Below, one piece after another: positions 11,400-25,136 of a stretch of DNA of 64,000 nucleotides. The DNA is from Octopus sinensis (taxonomy: Eukaryota). The stretch's first letter is position 1. Each line of letters starts with the position of its first letter. Below the pieces are notes generated by a model that saw only the letters and a program-made list of their open reading frames with translations, was not told the origin of the DNA and did not search any database. A program made the position numbers and the translations under genes. The DNA is taken from the NCBI RefSeq assembly GCF_006345805.1, contig NW_021833850.1:1-64000 (forward strand), given 5' to 3'.

Positions 11400-12600
11400 G
11401 ACTCCCAAATAAGAAAATTTGTACACGTAAATATAAATGGAATACATATTAGATTTCAATCGGATACTGAAAGTGATATTTCAATAATAAATATGGACAC
11501 ATGGAAGAAAATAGGAAAACCAATATTGAGAAAAACCGCGAAATCTGTTCGTAGCGTGACGGGCGACAAATTACATTTCATAGGCAAAATATGGATTAAT
11601 GTCACATTTCAAGTGAAAACACGCAAGGTGAAAATCTTCTTCGTTAAAAATGCAACCGATCTGTTTGGTACCGATTGATTAGAATTATTCGATTTATGGG
11701 ATCTCCCCATAAATCTCAATTGTAAAAACGTAAATGGATGTCCTTCTAAAAATAATTCGTTTGAAGAGTTAAAGAGGAAATTTTAAAAAAACGTTTCCGC
11801 AAGTAATCTCGGACAAACAAGGTCCACGCAAGGAGACTGAGCCCATGGTTCAGGATACATATTGACTACGCTGGACCAGTGAACAGCGTATACTATCTAA
11901 TAGTTGTGGATAACTATACAAAGTTGCCAAAGGTATGCAGATGTAATAAACCCACAGCAAAGACAACAATACAGTTCCTACTCCAGTTATTTGCTCGATA
12001 CGGTGTTCCAGACACTTTAGTTTCAGATAATGGAACACAATTCCCGGAATATGAATTAAGAAATTTCTGCAAAATACATGCCATAGAGCACATATTTACC
12101 CCTACCACCGGAGGTCAAATGGGCAGGTAGAAAGATTTATCGACACGTTCAAAAGAGCTCTAAGAAAAGTTAGGAATGATCTAGATTATGACGAGGCACT
12201 AACGAAATTTTTGAGAGTATATAGAATAACGCTAAATCCAAATAATAATTCAGGAAAGTTACCAGCAGAGTTAACGTTCGCGTGTAAAATAAAATCGATC
12301 TTCGATAAATTATTGCCAGGAAAAAATATATATAAAGGAAAGACAAAAAATACATTTGAAGGAAAAATACAAGAAATATTACAGAACATTTCGAAGGTTG
12401 ATAAAGAAGGTTGGGAAGATGGTTGTGTAATCAAAAGATTAGGCAACATGATGTATTTAACTGAAGGACAACGTTCGGAGCATAAAAGACACCTTAACAA
12501 TTTAAAGATGAGACATACAGAAGAACGAAGAGTAATTCCAATGGAAGTCTTCTATGATATGTTTGATGTGCCAACATCGAGAGATATTTAACCCCATAGA
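11400..12600 (+). pseudogene. pol: Gypsy pol remnants: aspartic protease and integrase core
   Basis: Protease-like VNINGIHIRFQSDTESDISIINMDTWKKIGKP. Integrase RIHIDYAGP, YLIVVDNYTK, LFARYGVPDTLVSDNGTQF and ERFIDTFKRAL. Frameshifted. Confidence 0.9.
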
Positions 12601-12880
12601 ACTAGATTCAGAAAACGAAAACAGACTTAATGTCTGAAAGTAATACCTAACCGAAAAAGATACTAAATTTTCAAAACAAGAAAAAAAAAAAGGATAAAGA
12701 GTGCAAACAAAAGTGCTTAGCACAACGAAAAGAGAAAGTGCTGTGTGCAACGAATAATACTATCTTAAATGCCGGGCAGCAATTAAGATACAACAGCAAA
12801 AAAAGTATGGGTGCTGGAAAGAAAAAAAATATAAAAGAAATTCCACTTTCTCAAGGTAATCAAAATCTCAAAAGCAGATA

Positions 12881-13138
12881 TGTTGTGATGCAAGTTACGA
12901 GGTCTACTTGCGAGAGATAGACTGGTTCGAGTAAAGTATAAATAGTAACGATCCGAGTGATTTCACTGTTTGGAGTCGAGGAAAGTTCGTGTTAGTTCGC
13001 AGTGAAGTCGAAAGGTGTCGGTTGGTTAGTTCTCAAGGAATATTGATTGTTGGTTCGTAAAAAGATTTGTTAGTTCGTTACATCGTTGTTACTATTATCT
13101 GCTTATCTTATTTATTGTATGTAACAAATTTCGATACA
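12881..13138 (+). repeat. 3' LTR
   Basis: A diverged copy of 9999-10254, preceded by a decayed purine tract. Confidence 0.88.
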
Positions 13139-15182
13139 ACAGGCATTTATTGTGGTTTAAAATTTGCGGGCTGATGTTGCGGAGACAGCTATAGCTTACC
13201 TTAACAGAATTTATGTCGAACATTTTATATCTCTGTTTATGGGAAGTTAGTGTTGACTAAGATTAGGAAAAGTCTAACCATGTTTGTTACTTCTCAGCCC
13301 ATGTATGCATGTTCACATGTACGGATATGTACGTGCACATGCACATGGGTTCTGGCATGGATCTCATTGCATACGTAAATCTTATTACACGTTCTGAATA
13401 TATGTAAGTCTTTATGATTAATGGAGGGAAGGGAAAAATTTGCTCTCAGACTTATTTCAAATGCTTTCAACGGAACAGACTTTACTAAAAACACCTAAGA
13501 GCCAGGTGATGGTGTCAAACTGGGAGGTTATGCGGCATTAGAGTATATTCAAAACAGAACACGAAACAAAACCATTTAAAATGAATTTTCGGTTTCGTCT
13601 ATCTCTCAATTTTACTGAAAATTTCTACAAATATATAGTACTGGACTATCTGTGACTAGCTGGGTCACCGGGAAAGTCTGAGTTTCCTAGTAACGGAGAT
13701 TTTTCAAGTTTTTTCCAGATTATTTCGCATGCTTTCAACGAATATGACATTGAAATCACGCGTAAACACCAAATCTTTGGAGGTGAGATATGCTGAATGT
13801 ACTCGAAAAAAACCATGAAAAAATTATTTAACACCGAGGGTCTTTTACAAAATATTTACCGCATTTTTAAAGTTATTTTCACTTTAAAATATTTTTTAAA
13901 TATGCCCCCAAAAATTTTGTAATGGTACTCACTCGAAAATATTGTCTGTTTAAAGAAAGCTGAAATATAAATACTTACTGTACAAACAACTTACATTTTT
14001 GTAATCACATTCACTTAAAAATATTTCTAAATGATTAAAATATTGTGTTTAACAAAAGCGAAAATAGAAACATTTACAGTAAAAACAAATTGTATTTTTT
14101 CGTCGTCAAGTTACTGTGTATAATCGAAAGGTAGAGTTTCTTCCTTTCAGGATTAAGTTATTTACGGAATATTTTCCCATTATGCACCGTTTTAGGTATT
14201 TATACCTCCGAAAACCTCTAATATCTCAACAACCACTTGTCTGATTTAAGCGAAACATGTTTTATTCCGTTCGTATTCACATTTCAAAGGCAACTTAATT
14301 CATAGTATTTTCCCATTATGCGCCAGTTTGGCTGGATAACATTGCAAGTAAGCAAGCAAGTAAGTAAGCAAGATTCAAGCTCACTTTTAGATTTCATACC
14401 CATTACGAATATTGCAGTTATTTTGAGGGAGAAATTAACAATAAAAGATTGACAGTTTTTATAATTTTAACAAATAAGATTTGTCCATTCTCGACATCCT
14501 TTCCGGCATACGATGTTATTTTCGTTTCCATAGAAAATAATTGAAACTATTTTACGGTTTAGAGCTAGTGTTTAAAGCTTAGGATTTTGTTTAGGATTAA
14601 GGTTAGAATTTAGTTTAGGGTTTAGGTTAGGGATTAGGGTTAGCGTTTAGGATTTGGAATTTGTAGGTGTCGGAAAATTTCATTGCAACCAATAATTTTC
14701 TTTCATTTACTTTTATTAAATATTTCCTTCTGTAAAGATTCCATAACGTGTCTAAAGATCGCTTTGGCAGGAAGAGTATACTTGTCTATTACAAGCAAAA
14801 TATCACAAAATCTTTCAATCTTTAAAGTTTGTAACGTTCTTATTGATAATTTCTCAAAAAAAAAAAGATGAAAATAAATCTTTTATAACATAATTATTAC
14901 TTAAGGATTTATAAATGATAATTTCAATAGATTGATTTAGTGTATAATTATTTAGATAGTTTAGCAAATAGAAATTAATGCGTATTATATAAATAGAGTG
15001 TATACAATAGTATTCGTTCACAAAAAATGGCTGTAAATTTCGTAATTGGCACGAAAAAATTTCACCTGTGAAGAAATTTCCAATAAAATTTAAGGACGTA
15101 GTTTAAGTGGAAAAGATCTAAATGCCAGCATCCGTAAAACAAGATTAGCTACGGAAGTGTTGTTATTAGTAAAATACAAAAT

Positions 15183-15575
15183 GGTGGCGAGCTGGCAGAA
15201 ACGTTAGCACGCCGGGTGAAAAGCTTAGCGGTATTTCGCCTGCCGTTACGTTCTAAGTTCAAATTCCGCCGAGGTCGATTTTGCCTTTCATCCTTTCGGG
15301 GTCGATTAAAAGAGTACCAGTTACGTACTGGGGTCGACATAATCGACTTAATCCGTTTATCTGTCCTTGTTTGTCTCCTCTGTATTTAGCCCCTTGTGGA
15401 TAGTAAAGAAATAGGTAATACCCATTGCTCCGTTCTGAGTTCAAATTCTGCCGAGGTCGACTTTCATCCTTTCGGGCTCGATGAAATGAGTATCAGTTGA
15501 ACACTGAGGTCGATGTAATCGACTCATCCCCTTCCCCAAAACGGCTACCCTTGTGGCAAAATTCGGAACCATTAT
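15183..15575 (+). mobile_element. SINE family A, tandem dimer
   Basis: A full head and body to ~15415, followed by a 5'-truncated second unit. Confidence 0.85.
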
Positions 15576-16005
15576 TAGTAAAATACAAAGCGGAAATGAA
15601 CACACACAGAGATACAGCATTAGAGGTTATTAAACTATGGAAGTAACTTGGCGATGAAGATTGCGATGTAAAAACCATGATTTCGCGGTACAGCAATTTG
15701 AGCGCCACAGTCACTGCTTCATTCAGAATATGAGATGGAACAAGGTCTAGAAATGTTAATGGGTTCAGGAAAGAAATCATACATGCTAAGCATAATTGAC
15801 TAATAAGGAAATACGAAAAATCATTAATAAATAAGATTATATTGGGACACAGCTCTGTGTCAATATAACTTGTTTGTAAGTAGAGCTGTTAAACACACTT
15901 CACACACCGCGCGCACATACACAACAAAAACATACATATCAACTTACATTACCAATACTTATGTACCTATGTATATATGTATGCATGTTTGTAAGCATAT
16001 ATATA

Positions 16006-16055
<50 letters not shown>

Positions 16056-16172
16056 TGTGTATGTTTGTGTGTGTGCGAGTGAGTGTAAAATATATGCATG
16101 CATCTATGTTTGAGTGTGTGTGCATGTGCGTTTTTGTGTGTATGTGCATATGTGTGTGTTTGTGTGTGTGTG

Positions 16173-16210
<38 letters not shown>

Positions 16211-16745
16211 GCATGTATAAAGAAAAACTTAAAACATCCAAATCTACATCACCAACTTCATCTTATCACAAAAGCTTTCATCTTTCTCTCTAACCGCTCT
16301 CTTCTTTCTCCTTTCTGCCTCTCTCACTTTGCCAAACCTTCACGTCCCCCTGCTAACTTACGTATCTAATGACCTCACAGCGTGATGTGTACCCACCGTG
16401 ACACGGCTACGCACTGACGGCCACATTGCCAATTAGACCCACATGTTTCAACCGAAGGTACTAACTTATTCCATTGCCCCCATCTATTCTTTCACCCAAC
16501 CTCACCTTCCTCTTCCAAAAAGGAAAGCCATATTTCTTAAGTACAAGACATCTTTATTTTGTAACCAAGAAATGAGAAACAATGGAACCAACTACTGAAA
16601 TTCCGGCGTGCCTGTGTGGTAAGACGCTTGCTTCCCAATCACATGGTTCTGGGTTCGGTTGGGCAAGTGTCTTCTAAAGCGGCGGGCCAACCAAAATCTT
16701 ATGCGTGGAAATGGTAAACGGAAACTGAAAGAAGCCCATCATATA

Positions 16746-16959
16746 CGTGTGGGTGCAGAAAAGTTCCTGGCTTTAATGATGTCGTGAAAGGCCTGGTTGG
16801 AGGCCCAACCTTCCGAGTTCTTTTACATGGTTTAGAAAAACTGAAGGACCGGTGCAATAAGCGTGTGAATCTGGGCGTCCTCGTTCAATAAAATCATAAT
16901 TAACTGATACTCCTGTATTTTCTTTTACTCAAAGTCAGGAACTTTTCGGCACACCCTCG
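16746..16959 (+). mobile_element. mariner-derived MITE
   Basis: TA-flanked TIRs (CGTGTGGGTGCAGAAAAGTTCCTGGCT / AGTCAGGAACTTTTCGGCACACCCTCG). The internal remnant translates to GLEKLKDRCNKRVNL, resembling a mariner transposase C-terminus. Confidence 0.75.
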
Positions 16960-17655
16960 TATGTACATACATACATGCATATGTATATATATGTATATAT
17001 ATGTGTGTGCGTATGTGTGTGTATGTATGTATATATATGGAACAAAAACGCAATAGAGTGCATTGCAACGTTCCGACAGATAGACGATACACAGGTGGAC
17101 AAGAAAAACAACAATTAGAAGGACAGGCAAAAAAAAAGACTGGTCATTCTTGACTTTCTTTCATCAGTCAAGTCCCAGAAGTCATTACCATTTCGGGCAG
17201 TTACACTTGAGAGGGTTCGGTCTGGTTGCCCCCAAATATATCTAAGCTAAGAGCATTAGACACCTTTGTAAGAAAGCTAGCGAATGTATACGGCAACAAA
17301 GACAAATAAATAAATAAACAAAAAAAAAGGAGAACATGGTACACAATTACGAATACAAACAACAAGAATAACAACAGGCATCTTTCAACTGAGAACGAAT
17401 CAAATTGAGCTGGCGCGTATGAAGTGAAAGCCTAAAAGCAGGAACATGGGAGATGGACATAAGAGGTATTGACGGTCGGCAGTCAGGCCAAGAAAGAATG
17501 ATCATGGCTGGCCAGCAGAAGAAACAGAGTGACTCAAAGTCCAAGTGTCAACGCACAAAACTCTTGGACCTTCAGTCACTCTATTACTTCTGCTTAACAT
17601 TAATAAAAATATACATGTACTCATATTTTGAGTACATATTTGCATCAACATACTC

Positions 17656-17691
<36 letters not shown>

Positions 17692-18277
17692 AAAGTTAAA
17701 AAAATATATATAAACTGGGACAAGAACGTGAAACACCAAGAAGACGACACAAGAACCACAGGACGGGACATTCGAAGCCCTCAGTCATCAGTCAAGAACC
17801 GGATCATCTTCGCAATTTCGGCTGATTAATCTTGATGATTGCTCCGACCTGGGCAGCCACCAAGGGAAATCTAAGCCAAGCGCATTAGATCCCTTGGAAG
17901 AAAGCCTCGAATGTATACAACACAAGGACGGAAAACGGACGGTACATTCGCAATTTACACCCAAAGACAGAGCCAGATCACCTGCAATTTCGCATTTGAT
18001 TAATCCTCGTCTGTGACTCTAAAAATTTTCACTTTTACTATTTATGGAATCAGACTCTAATTTCTACGGTAATTCCTATAAACTGACAAGGCGAGGTAGC
18101 TTAACCCTAGGCAACCGAGTATGCGTCATCGACTAGCATTAATCAAATGCGAAATCGCCGGTTATCTGCCTCTGTCTCTGGTGCTATAGGGAGCTTGTCT
18201 CTCTTGTCAGTCATTGGATTAGTGCTTCCACGTGGCTAAGATTTTCTAATTCTGATTTCTTTAGTCACCTTGATGCC

Positions 18278-18330
<53 letters not shown>

Positions 18331-19044
18331 TTCTAGTTATTAATTATTATAAATCTTCCACTGAGCAGGGAGCCGGTTTCCAACAAAGATGCAAGGCTCC
18401 AGACAAATTCACATTTCGAACTTGAGAAAAGTCTTGCATATTTTTACTGCTTCACTCACAGATTGCACTTGTAATGTACGAATTAGCCGGCGATTTCTCT
18501 TTCTGAAAATCCCAGTTCATCCAGATTCTCCTTGTATGAATGTATGTACGTATGTATGTATGTCTGTATGTATGTATGTATGTATGTATGTATGTATGTA
18601 TGTATGTATGTATGTATGTATGTATGTATGTATGTATGCTGTATGTATGTGTGTATATATGTATATAATGAGTGTGTGTGTATATATGTGTCTGTCTGCC
18701 TTTGTGTTTGTCCCTCATCGACAATTGACAACCGATATTGGTTTGTTTGCGTCCCCATAACTTTGCGTTGCTGCAAAAAAAAATTCAATAGGATAAGTAC
18801 AAGACTCAAGAAATAAGTACTAGGACCGATTTGCTCAGCAAAAACCATCAAGGTGGTATCCCAGCATAGTTGTAGTCCAATGACTAAAACATGTAAACCA
18901 TAAAAGATTATATTACTGCTAGAGTTCCACTGAAATCTCTTTTTTTGTTTGTTTTTAACTAGAAAATAAAAGGGTAAGAGAAAACTCAGCTGGTGTATTG
19001 GTTTGAAATGCTTGAATCTACACTGGGTGTCGCAAGACATTTAA

Positions 19045-19638
19045 ATGCAGCGAGCTGGCAGAAACGTTAGCACGCCGGGCAAAATGATTAACGGTATTTC
19101 GTCTGCTGTTACGTTGTGAGTTCAAATTCCGCCGAGGTCGACTTTGTCTTTCATCCTTTCGGGGTCGATAAATTATATACCAGTTACGCACTAGGGTCGA
19201 TATAATCGACTTAATCCGTTTGTCTGTCTTTGTTTGTCCACTCTGTGTTTAGCCCCTTGTGAGTAGTAAAGAAATAGGTATTTCGTCTGCCGCTACGTTC
19301 TGAGTTCAAATTCCGCCGAGGTCGACTTTGCCTTTCATCCTTTCGGGGTCGATTAAATAAGTACCAGCTACGTACTGGTGTCGACATAATCGACTTAATC
19401 CCTTTGTCTGTCTTTGTTTGTCCTCTCTGTGTTTAGCCCCTTGTGAGTAGTAAAGAAGTAGGTATTTAGTCTGCCGCTACGTTCTGAGTTCAAATTCCGC
19501 CGAAGTCGACTTTGCCTTTCATCCTTTCGGGGTCGATTAAATAAGTACCAGCTACGTACTGGTGTCGACATAATCGACTTAATCCCTTTGTCTATCCTTG
19601 TTTGTCCCCTCTATGTTTGTGGGCAATAAAGAAATAAG
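19045..19638 (+). mobile_element. SINE family A, tandem trimer
   Basis: One full unit plus two 5'-truncated units with 184-bp period (junctions 19277/19278 and 19461/19462). Confidence 0.9.
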
Positions 19639-20844
19639 CATGTTGGCTCAACTGCTTTATCATACAATTTCAGTTATATACATGTGTGTGTGTGTGTGTG
19701 CGCGCGCGCGTGTGTGTGTGTGCGTGCGCGTATGTATATGCACATGCATATGCGCACATGTGTAAGTGCACCATCTCAAATAGCCAGCAAAGTTTTAATG
19801 TAGGAGTAGCATGTACATATTCACTCTTTCTGTGCGAACGACAACATCGTTGGTGATAGAATTCCAACGGACCAATCAATGGTTCACTGCGTTTTCGACG
19901 GTGCCGGTGTCAAAGGAATGTTAATGTAATTACCTACAGAACAAATAATACAAGGAACTTCGTTCGAAAACCACCGGTTTTTCTCCGTCTTCTCAAAATA
20001 TTTAACATTTGCCACGAATAATCACTGATTATAAACAGATACTACATACATACATACATACATACATACATACATACATACATACATACGTACGTACGTA
20101 CGTACGTACGTACATACGTACGTACGTACATAAATACATATACACATACGTACATGTATAAATACGTAGGTACAGGCATAAATACATACATATATTTATG
20201 CGTACGTACGTACATGCACATACATTCACATGCATACATACATACATTTATACATACATACATACATACATACATAAATACATACATACTTACATACGTA
20301 CGTACATGATTGCTGTCCATTCGTGACCGAAGAAGACTACCACTGACCATTGCCCACGCAAAACGTCCGCAATACCCTAGAGACATGCTTTAACAAAAGC
20401 TGAGAGATGATACATACATACATACATACATACATACATACATACATACATACATAATGGCAATCGACTCGGGACCAAGTAAGATTACTTCCTAGACCTA
20501 TTTCTCTCTAAGAAACAGCTCACGTGGACTTAATCGCAGAACGTAAAACCGGATGTAATACAGCTGATCATTTCGCCCGGCATGCTGACGATTCTGCCAT
20601 CTCGCCGCCTTAGTGTGCGCATGTATTATCAGTGAATGTACCTAATGTGGGTGTGTGTCCTAGTGGTTAGGGTCCTGCATTGAAGATCGTGAGATCATGA
20701 GGTCAATTTCCGGACGGAGAAATGTTCTTGAGCAAAACTCTTCAACACACGTAAGTCTGCGATCACTTTGATATCTGAGGTGTGGCACACCGTGAACAGG
20801 CACTGTCGATTTGATGGGGAGAATGACCCAATGTGCAAATAGCA

Positions 20845-21017
20845 CGCAGGAGTGACTGTGTGGTAAGTAGCTTGTTTACCAACCACATGGTTCCGGGTTC
20901 AGTCCCACTGCGTGGCATCTTGGGCAAGTGTCTTCTGCTATAGCTCCGGGCCGACCAATGCCTTGTGAGTGGATTTGGTAGACGGAAACTGAAATAATCC
21001 CGTCGTATATATGTATG

Positions 21018-21054
<37 letters not shown>

Positions 21055-21263
21055 TTGTGTTTGTCCCCCTAGCATTGCTTGACAACCGATGCTGGTGTGT
21101 TTACGTCCCCATCACTTAGCAGTTCGGCAAAAGAGACCGATAGAATAAGTACTGGGCTTACAAAGAATAAGTCCCGGGGTCGATTTGCTCGACTAAAGGC
21201 GTTGCTCCAGCATGGCCGCAGTCAAATGACTGAAACAAGTAAAAGAGTATAAGAGTAAAAGAG
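20845..21263 (+). mobile_element. tRNA-derived SINE, family B (internal TA/TG microsatellite, GAAACAAGTAAAAGAG tail), full length
   Basis: A-box/B-box-like head, TTGGGCAAGTGTCTT block, internal microsatellite and tandem AAGAGT tail. Further copies or fragments lie at ~16605, 18690, 24295, 34825, 36035, 57470, 63005-63695. Confidence 0.9.
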
Positions 21264-21751
21264 TTTGATTACTATGAGCAAATCATCTGTGCAAGTTGCT
21301 CAGCAAGAAATTGCTGAATTTTCAGCAATCATCTGCAACAGGAGAACCCACGGTATGTATGTATGTATGTATGTATGTATGTATGTATGTATGTATGTAT
21401 GTATGTATGTATGTATGTATGTATGTATGTATGTATGTGTGAGTGCGTGTGTGTGTGTGTGTGTGTGAGTGTGTGCGCGCGCCCGTGCATGCGTGTGTCT
21501 GTCTCTCTGCATGTATGCGTATATGGGCAAATAGCTTTTCAATAGTTCCGTGCAGACTAATGTCTTGTGAGTTGATGAGAAAAGTGCTGAAGCTCGTTGA
21601 ACGCACCCACACACACACATAGTGTTTAGCATAAAATAACAAATATGCTTACTGTATTTTGATGCTTCGCGTCGTACTGCACAGGAGAGGAGTGTCAGAC
21701 GTACTACTGAACCCGAATTTCCGTTACGTGTCACGCTTTACAGCGCATATG

Positions 21752-21791
<40 letters not shown>

Positions 21792-21880
21792 CACACCACA
21801 CACACTCTATTGTCTCTCTCCCTATATATATCTATATGTATGTATATATGTATGTATGCATGTTTGTATGTATATATCTA

Positions 21881-21913
<33 letters not shown>

Positions 21914-21924
21914 CTCTCTCTCAC

Positions 21925-21965
<41 letters not shown>

Positions 21966-21966
21966 A

Positions 21967-22061
<95 letters not shown>

Positions 22062-22510
22062 ATATATAATATATATATATGTATGTATGTATGTATGTGT
22101 ATGTGTGTGTGCAGAGGCTTTAATAGTAGGTCATAACATTTGTTTCTGCGTCATACACCAGCTTTAAGTTGCTGAGTTTATATTCATATACCATTAGACA
22201 AGGTCAATCTTTATAATTGCGATTTTTCTGAATATTCAGGGTATATGACGTACATTTCTTTCAACCAATCAGATTGTTAGATTCTCCTGGAATGCAAGCA
22301 TAAACATATAACTAAACTTACGATAATATCACCAACAATAATAATAATAACAGAAATAAGACGACTTCCAAGGCTTCTTGAGTGGAGGTGGTTGTTAAAT
22401 AAAAATGTTAGCAACGCCTTTTACTAAGCGGTGGACGAGGTTTCAGAAGAGAAAATATAAAATAAAATTAAAATTATAGAAATATATTTTATAAATAAAT
22501 GTGTGTGTGT

Positions 22511-23060
22511 ATATCTCTTATATAAAATCCGTTCTGTCTGTCTGTCTTCTCGGGTCTCGGGCATCCTCCATCCGATTGCGCTCAAATTCGATATGTAGAT
22601 ACCGACGGTATCAGGGCGTGGATAAGTCTTGAAAAAATTACAAAAATCGATTCCAGGTGAGAATGCGATCGATAAAGCCGTTTTTGTCCTGCTTTTCTTC
22701 CGTCAACCTGTACATAACTGCACCTTCCATTTTTTGTTGTTTTTGTACTGCTTAAATGCACGTTTCTTTCCTGCCAAGCTTTCTGTTTAAACCATGTTTC
22801 TGTTGTCGCAGTCAACAGCCCTATCATTACTGGTACTTTAAATTCTTCGGTTGCATATTTGTGTGAATAAAATCATTTTTCTTTGGAATAGAAAAAAAGT
22901 CGATCTTTATTTCTTCTTTTGCTGGTGTCTCAAATTTAGGTTAAATTAGTGTTTCTCAAAGGGGAGGCCTATGGGACAGTCGGACAAGTTGTTTTGAGAA
23001 AATTTGGTTTAAATGTTTGACAACTCAGCACCGTCCATTGGATGGAGACGTTTTGCTCGT
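22511..23060 (+). mobile_element. Non-autonomous Helitron-like element, 5' part
   Basis: Starts A^TCTCTTATATAAAA, followed by a (CTGT)n microsatellite and CCGATT..GCTCAAATT motifs typical of these 5' ends. Confidence 0.5.
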
Positions 23061-23074
23061 ATATACATATAAAG

Positions 23075-23370
23075 TCATACATGAAAAAGAAATTGACGAA
23101 ATTTTATTTAACAATAGGAAATTCAAATATCACGACAAATTATTGTGTAACTTAAAAATATATAAATAATTTATGTTATTATATTTAATAATAAATAAAT
23201 AAATTACTGTATTTTGCATTAATGCAGACATGTAAGTAATTTATTTATTATTGAATATAATAATATAAATTATTTATATGTTTTTAAGTTACGAAACAAT
23301 TTGTTGTGATATATGAAATTTCTTACTGTTAAATAAAATTTCATCAAACTATTTCTCTGTCATTTATGAT
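23075..23370. repeat. Older AT-rich palindrome centred on TGCATTAATGCA
   Basis: Arms such as GAAATTTTATTTAACA / TGTTAAATAAAATTTC align in inverted orientation with moderate divergence. Confidence 0.8.
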
Positions 23371-23495
23371 TTTATACACACCTTATCCTTTCATCTTGTA
23401 TCGTAATATATATTCTATATGTTTTGCAGAATAATACAGCAAGGGGCTTCATTGTATGAGTACTACCGGAGTACTTGAATCCATATACTGTGACT

Positions 23496-23600
<105 letters not shown>

Positions 23601-23648
23601 TATATATAATATATATATATATATATCTCTATATATATATATATATAT

Positions 23649-23720
<72 letters not shown>

Positions 23721-23756
23721 GAAAGTTGGTTTGTGAAAGGACGTGGTTGAATATAT

Positions 23757-24240
<484 letters not shown>

Positions 24241-24964
24241 TACTAGCAGATACCAGGCGTTGCACGGGATTAAAATGGCATAGTTTTTTAATTGTTTTAC
24301 TTGTTTCGGTTATGTGACTGCAGACATGCTGGAGCACACGCGTTAGTCGAAGAAATTAAACCCATGATTTATTCTTTGTAAACCTAGTACTTATTCTGTC
24401 GGAGGGTTTTGCCAAACGGCTAAGTTAAGAGGACATAAACATAGCAACATCGGTTGTCAAGTGATGGTGGGGGTAGACAAACACACACACACACATATAT
24501 ATGATATATATGCATATATATATACATACATATATATACACACATATATATGAATACATATATATATACATATATATATACACATATATACATATATATA
24601 TAAATATATATATACATGGATATACATATGTATAATATACACATATATACATATATATATAATATATATATACATGGATATACATATGTATATATATACA
24701 CATATATACATATACATGTATATATATATACATATATATATGTACATATATATACATGTATGTATACATGTATATATATATATACATATATGTATATACA
24801 CAGTATATATATGCATATATACATATATATATATATATATATGTGCGTGTGTGTGTGTGTATACATAGTACAAAGTATGATAGGGGTTATGGGTGTAACC
24901 CACTATGGGATATCATTAATCCAATATAGTGTTGGTAAAGTACCCCCGCAAGCCGGGATAAGGC

Positions 24965-25012
24965 ACCTGAAGACACGTGTTTCTGAGTGCATTGCTCATC
25001 GTCAGTTCAGGT
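24965..25012 (-). ncRNA. Minimal type I hammerhead ribozyme (HHR-A1)
   Basis: The minus strand reads ACCUGAA-CUGACGA-UGAG(CAAUGCA)CUCA-GAAAC-ACGU-GUC^UUCAGGU. It has the complete core (CUGANGA, GAAA, GUC triplet), a 7-bp stem I, a 4-bp stem II and a 2-bp stem III within the palindrome ACACGUGU. The 10.1-11.1 pair is U-A rather than the usual G-C. Confidence 0.82.
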
Positions 25013-25090
25013 TGGCCTGCTTCACTCGCTGAGATGACTGCAAATTTAGTTACTGATCACCGAAATTAGAAATATTGAATTTCTAAATGC

Positions 25091-25136
25091 ACCTGAAGAC
25101 ATATGTTTCTGAGTGTACTGCTCATCGTCAGTTCAG
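25091..25136 (-). ncRNA. Minimal type I hammerhead ribozyme (HHR-A2), direct copy 126 nt from HHR-A1
   Basis: The minus strand reads UCUGAA-CUGACGA-UGAG(CAGUACA)CUCA-GAAAC-AUAU-GUC^UUCAGG. Stem I is 6 bp including one G-U pair, and the stem III palindrome is ACAUAUGU. Confidence 0.75.

Larger units (their letters stand above)
9999..13138 (+). mobile_element. Ty3/Gypsy LTR retrotransposon, degenerate, RT/RNaseH deleted
   Basis: Two LTRs start TGTTGTGATG (9999-10254 and 12881-13138). PBS, gag, CCHC knuckle, protease and integrase remnants occur in order. No RT motifs lie between protease and integrase. Confidence 0.93.

Noticed and set aside
15493-15780. 95 aa ORF with NEAVTVALKLLY, vaguely Penelope RT-like
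   Set aside because: No flanking RT motifs are present, and part of the ORF is SINE-derived.
17150-17800. CUGAUGA motifs on the minus strand in two related repeats (~17150-17180, ~17765-17797)
   Set aside because: Stem II and/or GAAA-stem III are missing or altered. At best these are collapsed relics of a PLE-type end.
19045-19638. Regularly spaced repeats resembling a CRISPR array or tRNA gene cluster
   Set aside because: The units are SINE bodies with no unique spacers. The tRNA-like heads lack a full cloverleaf and Pol III terminator, and the context is eukaryotic.
22582-22827. ORF with LTATTETWF resembling the LINE endonuclease ITETW motif
   Set aside because: It is a single short motif with no other APE motifs nearby.
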